Of a stretch of 64,000 bases of DNA, positions 53,264-64,000 are shown in pieces. Source of the DNA: Macrostomum lignano (taxonomy: Eukaryota); NCBI GenBank assembly GCA_002269645.1, contig NIVC01003643.1, positions 1 to 64,000 of the forward strand, read 5' to 3'. How positions within the stretch are numbered: position 1 is the stretch's first letter; every line of letters begins with the position of its first letter. The notes under the pieces were generated by a model that was given only the letters and a program-made list of their open reading frames with translations, searched no databases and was not told the origin of the DNA. Both the position numbers and the translations under genes were made by a program.

Positions 53264-55455
53264 TCAGTTCGCGCACTCGCCCTCGGCATCCAGCTCCGCG
53301 CTCTCCCGCTTGCACCCGTCCGCAGTCGCGGCCGTCGCCGAATCTTCGCTTGTGCAACTCTTCGCCGTCGCCGCCTTCTCCTGCCGCTGCCGATGGTCGG
53401 TTTCGTCCTGATCGACGATTGCGGAAGTCGCCGCTGCCGAGCTGGTGGGCGCCGGCGTAGCGGTGGAGGTCGCGGAGGAGCCGCCGCCGCTGCCGTCGAC
53501 GAGAATAGCCTCGATCTCGTGCTGGATGAAGGCCCAGGGCACTGAGCTGCCAGGCAGGAGGCAGCGCTCGCCGCTCGGACAGTAGATGGATTCGGACTGG
53601 CGGTCGGGACCGGCCGAGGACTCGCGCAGGTCGCCGAGCTGCCGGTGGATGCTGTCTCTGGCGCAGGGGAAGCAGAACTTGTGCGCCGCCTCGGCCGGGC
53701 ACTGGACGAAGTGCGTCTCCTCCATGCGGCTCTTGCAGAAACTGCAGCGCAGAGTCTGCCGGATGCAGAGCCTCTTGGATGGGGCATGCTGCTGCTGCTG
53801 CTGCTGCAGTTGAAGGATTCCTGCAACTGGAGATTATTTGGATTGCTTTTAATTATTTCTGCAGTTGGCGCAAGCCACCCTACAGTACTCATTATCAGGC
53901 ATCATCCCCAATCAGTCACCCCAATAGCACCAACCCCTCCCCCAATGGCGCCACCCCCTCACCAATGGCGCCACCCCCTCACCAATGGCGCCAACCCCTC
54001 CCCAATAGCGCCAATCCCTCCCCAATAGCGCCAACCCCTCCCGCAAAGGCGCCAACCCCTCCCTAAATGGCACCACTCTCTCTTCAACAAAAGGCGCCAC
54101 CCATTTCCCCAATGGCTCACCTCCGCTGGCGCCCTTCACGGGCAGCAGTGATTTCGGCATCAGCCGAGTCTTCGGCGTCAGCTGGGGCGGCCGCAGCTCC
54201 CTGTTGGGCGCCGGCAGCCGGTCAGCCAGAGGCCGCTCTCGCAGCCGCGTCACCCGCTCGCCGACCAGCTCAGTGAGGAGGCGCCAGTCGCCGGGGCAGC
54301 GCTCGTACTCCAGCAGCAGGGCAGCGGCTGACGCGGCCGACGCGGAGGTGGCCGCCGACGTCGCAATCGAGGCGGCGTCGCGGCTCATCTGGCTGGCCAC
54401 GCCGGCGCACGAGTTGAAGACGGTCCTGGAGCCCACGGGGTACTCGAAGAACAGCTTCAGCTCCAGCTGGTCCAGCCGGGTCATCCCGGTGCCAACGTCG
54501 GCGGCGAACACGCAGCCCAGGCTGCCGCCGCTCGGCTGGCCTTTGAGGCGAACCTGGCGGAACAGGAGTTCATGAGTGAGTTCATGAGTGAGTTCATGAG
54601 TGAGCTCATGAGTGAGTTCATGAGTGAGTTCATGAGTGAGTTCAGGAGTGAGGTCATGAGTGAGTTCATGAGTGAGTTCATGAGTGAGCTCATGAGTGAG
54701 TTCACGACTGAGTTCATGAGTGAGTTCATGAGTGAGTTCATGAGTGACTTCATGAGTGAGTTCACGACTGAGTTCATGAGTGAGCTCATGAGTGAGTTCA
54801 TGAGTGAGCTCATGAGTGAGTTCATGAGTGACTTCATGAGTGAGTTCACGACTGAGTTCATGAGTGAGCTCATGAGTGAGTTCATGAGTGAGTTCATGAG
54901 TTCATGAGTGAGTTCATAAGCGCTTACATGAAACGGGCAGCATTTGCTCAGCGCATCAACAATGTCCCTGGCAACGTAGTCAGAACCGCCGCCTCCACCG
55001 CTTCCATTGCTGCTGTTGCTCCCGTTGCTGGCCTGCTGTTGCTGGACAGCGGAGGTGGACGAGCTCGCTAGCAGGTCGGGCCGCACGCCGCCACCGCTTC
55101 CTGCTGGCGGCGAGTCCGACCGAATCCCCAGCGACAGCGGCAGCGGCGGAGGCGGCGGCAGGCAGAGCAGCTGGTGCTGCAGCCCGATGGCTGAGAATTT
55201 GCTAAGCTGCGGAGGCGGTGGAGGCGGCGGTGGCGGCTGCTGTTGCTGCTGCTGTTGCTGTTGCTGTTGAGCGGCCGCGGACGAGCCGCCGGCCATCTTC
55301 AGCAGACGGGCCCGCTCGATCACCAGCTCCACTCGGTCGGCGCCCTCGTAGTTGACGCAGCCGCGGCAGACCAGCTCGGAGAAGTCGGTGAGCAGAGCCC
55401 AGGGCGGCCGGGGCAGATCGCACAGGTAGCACTGGCGGCGGAGCAGGAAAGACAT
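53264..55455 (-). CDS. IRF2BP: Interferon regulatory factor 2-binding protein family (IRF2BP/IRF2BPL-like); complement(join(53264..53820,54121..54553,54928..55455)), 505 aa
   Basis: N-terminal zinc finger [42 protein letters not shown]; middle [12 protein letters not shown] and [13 protein letters not shown]; C-terminal [41 protein letters not shown]. Phase-consistent introns; 1518 nt total. Confidence 0.95.
53915..54065. repeat. Degenerate ~20-nt repeat CCAATGGCGCCACCCCCT (IRF2BP intron 2)
   Basis: Directly visible. Confidence 0.8.
54566..54917. repeat. 12-nt minisatellite GAGTTCATGAGT filling IRF2BP intron 1
   Basis: Directly visible. Confidence 0.97.
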
Positions 55456-55511
55456 CCCGGATGCTGCCTGCGGGCTGGGGTGGGCGAGGGGACTGAGGCA
55501 TCGGGCCTGAC

Positions 55512-55517
55512 ACAGAC

Positions 55518-55590
<73 letters not shown>

Positions 55591-55592
55591 GG
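55512..55592. repeat. (GACA)n microsatellite upstream of the IRF2BP ATG
   Basis: Directly visible. Confidence 0.95.
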
Positions 55593-56549
55593 CAGAGTTC
55601 CGAAAGCTGCAGCAAAACAGTAGACAAACTCACCTGGGCAAAATTGTGGGGAAAATGATAGAAAAAGCAGCAAAGCCGGTCAGCCAGACGCGGTCCAAAG
55701 ATCTCAGGTGCGCTCGTAAATACCGATTAACGGATAGGATTCGAACTCATGACCTGAAATCGAGTATATTGCCAATCGAAGCCTGGGACAAGGACTGCTG
55801 GCTGCTTCACAGGGCGCAGGCATATATAGGGATACCGGCACGCATATCGGTGAAGGCCCGCCCGTGACGTGCGACGCACGCGCTACAAACACACAGAGAG
55901 CAGCCGAGGAAGCGACCTCGATGGCTGTTGGAACTGCGCGGGGCAGCAGCGGCAGCGGGGAGGGGAGGGGAGATTTCCGAGGAAGGCACGCACGAAGAGG
56001 AGGAAGCAGAGCAGAAGAGACGGGGGTGGTGACTGGCCAGGACCAAAGGGAGAATAAGAGGGAGAAGGGGAGACAGACAGAGCCCAGCCTGCAAGTGGGG
56101 CGATTCGGACACGCAACCGCGGGGCCCCCCGGTCCCCTGGGCTTGGTCACGCAATCGCGCGTGACTCCGCGCCGGGACGCCGCCGCCGCGGCAGCCCCCC
56201 CCCCCCCCCCCCGACTATCAATTATTGGCCCGCCCCGCTGAAGGTCTGTGGCGCGCGCACGCACACAGCTGAGGCCTGAGAGAAGGGGCGCAAGTGCGTG
56301 ACTGCGTATTGAACTGAGAGGCCCCGCCGGAGGTCTAAGTTTAAACCTGGGCAGCTGCTTGCTTTTTCACTCTGAGATCTCCTCGTTTCTTTTCTCCTCA
56401 GGCCGGCCTTCTAATTTTAATTCTCGCTAGGGGGAAGCGAATGCTGTAATTGAGATTGCATCCCAATTAGCCATTGTTGGGAGCAAGCAGATTAATCCTA
56501 TCGTACTGCATGCGACTCTTTGGCGTCTCGGAACAGAATCACGATCCAC

Positions 56550-57125
56550 AGATGTCAGAGGGGAGAGGGGATGAGAGGAGAGGAGAGGAGATAGGGAAGA
56601 GAAGCTGGGGGAGATAGAGGGGGAGAATAGAGATGGGAGAGAGGAGGAGGGAAGAGACAGGAGAGAAGAGAGGAGAGAAGAGAGGAGAAATACCCTCGTG
56701 GAGGTGAAGAAAAAAGTTAAAGAGCAGAGAGAAGTAGGGGAGGGAAGAGTAAATAAAAGTAGGGGGGAGGGAGAGCAGAGAGAAGTAGGGGGAGCAGAGA
56801 GAGTAGGGGGAGGGGAAGCAGACAGAAGTAGGGGGGAGGGGGAGCAGAGAGAAGTAGGGTGAGCAGAGAGAAGTAGGGGGAGGGGGAGCAGACAGAAGTA
56901 GGGGGGAGGGGGAGCAGAGAGAAGTAGGGTGAGCAGAGAGAAGTAGGGCGAGCAGAGAGAAGTAGGGGGAGGGGGAGCAGACAGAAGTAGGGGGGAGGGG
57001 GAGCAGAGAGAAGTAGGGGAGCAGAGAGAAGTAGGGTGGAGGGGGAGCAGAGAGAAGAAGGGGGAGGCTGAGCAGAGAGAAGTAGGGTGAGCAGAGAGAA
57101 GTAGGGTGAGCAGAGAGAAGTAGAC
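56550..57125. repeat. Purine-rich repeat, core GAGCAGAGAGAAGTAGGG
   Basis: Directly visible. Confidence 0.9.
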
Positions 57126-57574
57126 CAAGGCACAGAAAGGCCCCAATCCCAGTCGCAGATGAGCGCAACCCGTGAAAATGATATTCGTCCACACGGAGAC
57201 GGGGCTGGAAGGCTCACTATTGATGTAGGCAGTCGGTCTAAAACCGGCCCTGCAGCATGCATAACAGGTGTGAATAATAACGAGGGCGCACGCACCAGCC
57301 TGTTTTATAACCCCCCCCCCAAATAGGCTGACGCTGAACTAAATTTCATAATCTGAGCCGGGGAGTCAATTTCATATTCCGCGACACGCGCCTCGCCTTG
57401 GGCCAGCCGGGTTCGAGGCGCGTGAGCGGCAATCCCCGGGATCCCCCACGGCAAATATCCACTGCAGACCTGCTGTGCCGCACTTCTGCCGGCAGGGGAC
57501 TGCCCGGCTTTAATGCCTTTGTTGTCACTGATGACTTGGCGACTCCAGTCTGACTGACTGACCGCCCGACTGCC

Positions 57575-59350
57575 GGTGTCTGACCTCCCATCTGACTGTC
57601 TGTCTGACCTCCTATCTGACTGCCTGTCTGACCTCCTATCTAACTGCCTGCCTGCCTGTCTGACCTCCTATCTGACTGTCTGTCTGACCTCCTATCTGAC
57701 TGCCTGTCTGACCTCTTATCTGACTGCCTGTCTGACCTCCTATCTGACTGCCTGTCTATCTGTCTGTCTGACCTTCTATCTGACTGCCTGACCTCCTATC
57801 TGACTGTCTGTCTGACCTCCTATCTGAATGTCTGTCTGACCTCCTATCTGACTGCCTGTCTATCTGTCTGACCTCCTATCTGACTGCCTGTCTATCTGTC
57901 TGACCTCCTATCTGACTGTCTGACTGACCTCCTATCTGACTGCCTGTCTGACCTCCTATCTGACTGCCTGTCTGCCTGTCTGACCTCCTATCTGACTGCC
58001 TGCCTGTCTGTCTGACCTCCTATCTGACTGCCTGCCTGCCTGTCTGACCTCCTATCTGACTGTCTGTTTGACCTCCTATCTGACTGCCTGTCTATCTGGC
58101 TGACCTCCTATCTGACTGTCTGTCTGACCTCTTATCTGACTGTCTGTCTGACCTCCTATCTGACTGTCTGTCTGACCTCCTATCTGACTGTCTATCTGAC
58201 CTCCTATCTGACTGCCTGTCTGACCTCCTATCTGACTGCCTATCTGTCTGACCTCGTATCTGACTGTCTGTCTGACCTCCTATCTGACTGTCTGTCTGAC
58301 CTCCTATCTGACTGTCTGTCTGACCTCTTATCTGACTGCCTGCCTGTCTGTCTGACCTCCTATCTGACTGCCTGTCTATCTGTCTGACCTCCTATCTGAC
58401 TGTCTGCCTGACCTCCTATCTGACTGTCTGTCTGACCTCCTATCTGACTGCCTGACCTCCTATCTGACTGTCTGTCTGACCTCCTATCTGACTGTCTGTC
58501 TGACCTCTTATCTGACTGCCTGTCTATCTGTCTGACCTCCTATCTGACTGTCTGTCTGACCTCCTATCTGACTGTCTGTCTGACCTCCTATCTGACTGCC
58601 TGTCTGACCTCCTATCTGACTGCCTATCTGTCTGACCTCGTATCTGACTGTCTGTCTGACCTCTTATCTGAATGCCTGCCTGTCTGTCTGTCTGACCTCC
58701 TATCTGACTGCCTGTCTATCTGTCTGACCTCCTATCTGACTGCCTGTCTATCTGTCTGACCTCCTATCTGACTGCCTGCCTGTCTGTCTGTCTGACCTCC
58801 TATCTGACTGTCTGTCTGACCTCCTATCTGACTGCCTGTCTATCTGTCTGACCTCCCATCTGACTGTCTGTCTGACCTCCCATCTGACTGTCTGTCTGAC
58901 CTCCTATCTGACTGCCTGTCTATCTGTTTGACCTCCTATCTGACTGCCTGTCTATCTGTTTGACCTCCTATCTGTCTGTCTGTCTATGTCTGACCTCCTA
59001 TCTGTCTGTCTGTCTGACCTCCTATCTGACTGCCTGTCTATCTGTTTGACCTTCTATCTGACTGTCTGTCTATCTGTTTGACCTCCTATCTGTCTGTCTG
59101 TCTATGTCTGACCTCCTATCTGACTGTCTGTCTGACCTCCTATCTGACTGTCTGTCTGACCTCCTATCTGACTGCCTGTCTATCTGTCTGACCTCCTATA
59201 TGACTGCCTGTCTGATCTCCTATCTGACTGTCTGTCTGACCTCCTATCTGACTGTCTGTCTGACCTCCTATCTGACTGCCTGTCTATCTGTCTGACCTCC
59301 TATATGACTGCCTGTCTATCTGTCTGACCTCCCATCTGACTGCCTGTCTG
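57575..59350. repeat. Compound minisatellite TCTGACCTCCTATCTGACTG plus a variable number of TCTG/CCTG tetramers
   Basis: Directly visible. Confidence 0.96.
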
Positions 59351-59817
59351 ATTGACTGCCAGAGCACAGGGAAGGGAGTGACGCAGGTGGCTGCAACAGC
59401 CAATATAATTGAGCTGAAGCGAGAAGCACAGGCGGTATGCATCAAGGATCTCAGGGAAGAAGTGGCGCAACTGATGAATGAATGCTATTTGAAGTGTTGC
59501 CAAATGTTTATCGAATGGAATTCAAATGCTCATTTGCAAAGAAGCATGAGAACAGGCATTTAAATATGCTTTAATTTTATATTTGAATTTGTTTGACAAA
59601 ATACACTACTTGTCCCACAGTAGAGCATGCGGCTTTTTGATTACATATAAAAATCATGTTTACAATGCTTATCGTAGACGCAACTCCAATGCCTTTCCGG
59701 TTAGCATTAATATATTTGAATTGAATATTTGATTTTGTTTGGTGTTTTACAGCGGCTACTTTAGCATCAGGCGCGAAAATACCCTTATGACCCAAGGATA
59801 CGACCAGGCATGACTGT

Positions 59818-61052
59818 CAAGGAAATCATGACCCATATGATCAACCAGGAAATCATGACCCATATGACCAACCAGGAAATCATGACTCATATGACCAACC
59901 AGGAAATTATGACCCATATGACCAACCAGGAAATCATGACCCATATGATCAACCAGGAAATCATGACCCATATGACCAACCAGGAAATCATGACCCATAT
60001 GACCAACCAGGAAATCATGACCCATATGACCAACCCGGAAATCATGACCCATATGATCAACCAGGAAATCATGATCCATATGACCAACCAGGAAATCATG
60101 ACTCATATGACCAACCAGGAAATCATGACCCATATGATCAACCAGGAAATCATGACCCATATGACCAACCCGGAAATCATGACCCATATGACCAACCAGG
60201 AAATCATGACCCATATGACCAACCAGGAAATCATGACTCATATGACCAACCAGGAAATCATGACCCATATGATCAACCAGGAAATCATGACCCATATGAC
60301 CAACCAGGAAATCATGACCCATATGACCAACCAGGAAATCATGACCCATATGACCAACCAGGAAATCATGACTCATATGACCAACCAGGAAATCATGACC
60401 CATATGATCAACCAGGAAATCATGACCCATATGACCAACCAGGAAATCATGACCCATATGACCAACCAGGAAATCATGACCCATATGACCAACCAGGAAA
60501 TCATGACTCATATGACCAACCAGGAAATCATGACCCATATGATCAACCAGGAAATCATGACCCATATGACCAACCCGGAAATCATGACCCATATGACCAA
60601 CCAGGAAATCATGACCCATATGACCAACCAGGAAATCATGACTCATATGACCAACCAGGAAATCATGACCCATATGATCAACCAGGAAATCATGACCCAT
60701 ATGACCAACCAGGAAATCATGACCCATATGACCAACCAGGAAATCATGACCCATATGACCAACCAGGAAATCATGACTCATATGACCAACCAGGAAATCA
60801 TGACCCATATGATCAACCAGGAAATCATGACCCATATGACCAACCAGGAAATCATGACCCATATGACCAACCCGGAAATCATGACTCATATAATGAACCA
60901 GGAAATCATGACCCATATGACCAACCCGGAAATCATGACTCATATAATGAACCAGGAAATCATGACCCATATGATGAACCAGGAAATCATAACCCATATG
61001 ACCAGCCAGGAAATCATAACCCATATGACCAGCCAGGAAATCATGGCCCATA
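59818..61052. repeat. 27-nt minisatellite AACCAGGAAATCATGACCCATATGACC with 135-nt (5-mer) higher-order period
   Basis: The ACTCAT variant recurs at 60101, 60236, 60371, 60506, 60641 and 60776. Confidence 0.98.
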
Positions 61053-61205
61053 TCAATCCCTCAGGAAATGATAATTGATCATGAAGTGAGCAATGACCAA
61101 TAGGGAACTATTATAGAAAAGCTGAATGTAAGAAAGCGAGAAATGTCACAATAATCGCATTTGAAAAATCAATGCAGATGCCGGGGTTGAAGGCGCGCCC
61201 GCGCT

Positions 61206-63721
61206 CTACGATGCGGAGCCTGCGGTGGCGGCTGTGTCGGAGGCTGAGGGCGCGCCGGCCTCGGCAGCGGCGGCCTCCTCGCGGCGGGCGAGTCGCAGAG
61301 CGTCCAGCCGCAGGCGCAGCCGGTCGTACTCGGTCTGCAGCTCGGACTCGCGACGGCACTGCCGCTGCACGTCGTCTTCGAGCGACTCAAGCCGGCTGGC
61401 GATGGCGCCGAGCTCGTGCTGGCGCAGGCGCTCGTAGGTCTCGAGTTCGATCGCCGCCTGGTCCAACGCTTCCTGACCTTCGGCCAGCTGCTTGGCGAGA
61501 GTCTTCGCCCTGGCCTGGTAGCCGCCAAGAAGTACTTTAAGCTTGCGCTCCAACTTGGCAGCCTGCCGAGCCTCCAAGTTCATGTGGTTCCGGTTGGCGT
61601 TGAGCGCGTTGTCAAGCGACTCGATTCGCTCCTTCTTGCTGGCCAGGTTGGCCCGGGTGTAGCGGCCCTGCTGCGGCAGGTAGAGCACCTGGGCCAGGCA
61701 TTCGTCCCACACCTTGCAGTAGGCCTCTGCGGTCAGGCGGCCGTGCTGCATGCCCTCCGCAACCGCCCGCTTCTCCGCCTCAAGCAGCTCGGCTGCCTGG
61801 GCCAGCTCCGCTTGGTCGAACTGCTCAGCCAGGGCCGCGGCCGGGTCTTTAGGGCGGATATCGTATCTGGGGGAGGGGGCGGATGTCGGATTTGGATTAG
61901 AAACTAGGGGGCGGATATTCTCCAGTCGGATGTCCTTCTGGGGGGGGATGGAAGGGGCGGATGTCCTGTCTGGGAGAGGATGAAAGGGGCGGATGTCCTG
62001 TCTGGGAGAGGATGAAAGGGACGGATGTCCTGTCTGGGAGAGGATGAAAGGGACGGATGTCCTGTCTGGGAGAGGATGAAAGGGACGGATGTCCTGTCTG
62101 GGAGAGGATGGAAGGGGCGGATGTCCTGTCTGGGAGAGGATGAAAGGGGCGGATGTCCAGTCTGGGAGAGGATAGAAGGGACGGATGTCCAGTCTGTGAG
62201 AGGATGGAAGGGGCGGATGTCCTGTCTGAGTGGATGGAAGGGCGAATGTCCTGTCTGGGAGAGGATGAAAGGGACGGATGTCCTGTCTGGGAGAGGATGA
62301 AAGGGACGGATGTCCTGTCTGGGAGAGGATGGAAGGGGCGGATGTCCTGTCTGGGAGAGGATGGAAGGGGCGGATGTCCTGTCTGGGAGAGGATGAAGGG
62401 GCGGATATGAAACAGGTGCGGGGGTCAGCGGCTCACTTGATCATCTTCAGAGCCTCGGCCTTGACCAGCTCTTCCGCCCTCTGTAGTTCCAGCAGGCCGT
62501 CAGGCCGGCGCAGCACGGAGGTGTTGCACTCGCTTGGCACCGGCAGGCCGCGTCTGACTGGCTCGCTGCGTCTGGCCCAGGCCTCCGCCTCCGCCCGCCG
62601 GCGCTCCTCCTCTCGGCGACGGTCGGCGTCCGCCTGGGAAGGGATGGGGAGAGACCAGCGACTGGGCAGTTAAGACTCTGCTAAGCGGGTCTCGGTATTC
62701 CTGATTAACTGTACTCTGGTATTGCCGTCTCCGCATAACCTGTCCTCCTCTGTCTACCCTCCCTACTTCTCTCTCTACCCTCCCCACTTCTCTCTCAACC
62801 CCCCTTCTCTCTCTACCCTCCCCACTTCTCTCTCTACCCTCCCCATTTCTCTCTCTACCCTCCCCACTTCTCTCTCTACCCTCCCCACTTCTCTCTCTAC
62901 CCTCCCCACTTCTCTCTCTACCCTCCCCACTTCTCCCTCTACCCTCCTCACTTCTCTCTCTACCCTCCCCACTTCTCTCTCTACCCTTCCCACTTCTCTC
63001 TCTACCCTCCCCACTTCTCTCTCTACCCTCCCCACTTCTCTCTCTACCCTCCCCACTTTTCTCTCTACCCTCCCCACTTCTCTCTCGACCCTCCTCACGT
63101 CTTTCTCTACCCTCTCCCTCCCTTCTCTCTATCTGGAGCCTCCTCTCTACCCCTGCACTCTCCTCTCTACGCCTGCACTCTCCTCTCTACCCCTGCACTC
63201 TCCTCTCTACCCCTGCACTCTCCTCTCTACCCCTGCACTCTCCTCTCTACCCCTGCACTCTCCTCTCTACCAATGCACTCTCCTCTCTACCCCTGCAGCC
63301 TCCTCTCTACCCCTGCAGCCTCCTGTCTGCGCTACCACCTCTACTCTCTACAGTGCTAAGCACGCAGCTGCGGAGCTCCCAGCCGAACCATTGCATGCAA
63401 GCTCACCTGATCCTCCTTAATCGCCGCCTCGCTCTCCTCAGCGTCCAAATCGACTCCGTTGCCGGTGGCGTCAGCCTCCGCCTCATCCTCCGGCTCCATC
63501 AATTCGAAGTCGTTTTTCGGCTTGGGCAGATTGGCCAGCTGGTCTTTGAGACTGGCCAACTGGTCGGCCGCGTCAGCGGCAGCTGCCGTGCCGCCGGCGC
63601 CACCAACCGAGGTGGCCGGAGTTCGCAGCTCGGTGCGCGGCGTCTCGCCAATGCCGGCGGTCAGGCCCGTCCTGGCGCTCTCCTCGGCCAGGTCGCGAGC
63701 GTGCGCGCCCAGTTTTGCGGC
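61206..63721 (-). CDS. CDC5L: Pre-mRNA splicing factor CDC5L/Cef1, 3' part; complement(join(61206..61866,62437..62633,63407..63721)); 5' exons lie beyond the window
   Basis: LPKPKNDFEL; GLPVPSECNTSVLR; AEELVKAEALKMIKYD; AYCKVWDECLAQVLYLPQQGRYTRANLASKKERIESL; KLKVLLGGYQARA. Phase-consistent GT-AG introns. Confidence 0.95.
61925..62410. repeat. 32-nt minisatellite GGATGTCCTGTCTGGGAGAGGATGAAAGGGGC (CDC5L intron)
   Basis: Directly visible. Confidence 0.95.
62735..63345. repeat. Two abutting pyrimidine-rich arrays (CTCTACCCTCCCCACTTCTCT and CTCTACCCCTGCACTCTCCT) in a CDC5L intron
   Basis: Directly visible. Confidence 0.92.
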
Positions 63722-64000
63722 CTGCAAGGTTTTATTATTAAAATTAAAAACAATAAACAGAATGTTCGTAGGTAGTCTACTGTAAGTAGCTTGAGAGCAA
63801 ACATTTGTTAGCAAAATTTTCTATGGAATTGAAGGGAAACTTACCAAGAATCCAAATATTTGAGACGCTCACTAAACTAATCAGAAAAGAGCAGAAAATG
63901 ATGCATTTCTACTGTAAGTAGCTTGAGCGCGTCTTGCTAGATATTAAAATAAGGCGCTCACTAAACTACGACTAATCGGAATAGAAGAGAAAATGATCGC

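Noticed and set aside
54481-54927. (MNSL)n segment apparently inside IRF2BP
   Set aside because: It is intron 1; splicing 54928 to 54553 restores the conserved PF(H/E)VR motif.
11500-61052. CRISPR-like appearance of regularly spaced repeats
   Set aside because: Units are contiguous with no unique spacers; the context is eukaryotic and no cas genes are present.
63770-63995. Imperfect ~130-nt direct repeat at the window end
   Set aside because: A small intronic duplication with no further structure visible in this window.

Overview
This window is eukaryotic (metazoan) genomic DNA: GC-rich multi-exon genes with GT-AG introns, and a large share of the sequence (very roughly 45%) made of micro- and minisatellite arrays. 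That architecture resembles a free-living flatworm such as Macrostomum (inference only). Splicing exons by hand gives nine genes: a frameshift-riddled two-pore K+ channel (-), a HUNK-like Ser/Thr kinase (+), a 3-exon 91-aa neuropeptide-type precursor that the ORF track misses (+), an NTPDase5/6-like apyrase (+), a Tyr-motif docking protein with an FRS2-like tail and a ~45-copy coding repeat (+), an inversin/ANKRD55-like ankyrin protein (-), JAGN1 (+), an IRF2BP family gene (-) and the 3' part of CDC5L (-). There is also a clean hAT-type MITE with an 8-bp target site duplication. Nearly all long repetitive ORFs in the track are artefacts of stop-free tandem repeats. No CRISPR, rRNA or prokaryotic system is present. 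The most interesting items are the hidden prohormone, the coding VNTR in the adaptor, and introns filled almost edge to edge by intron-specific repeats.
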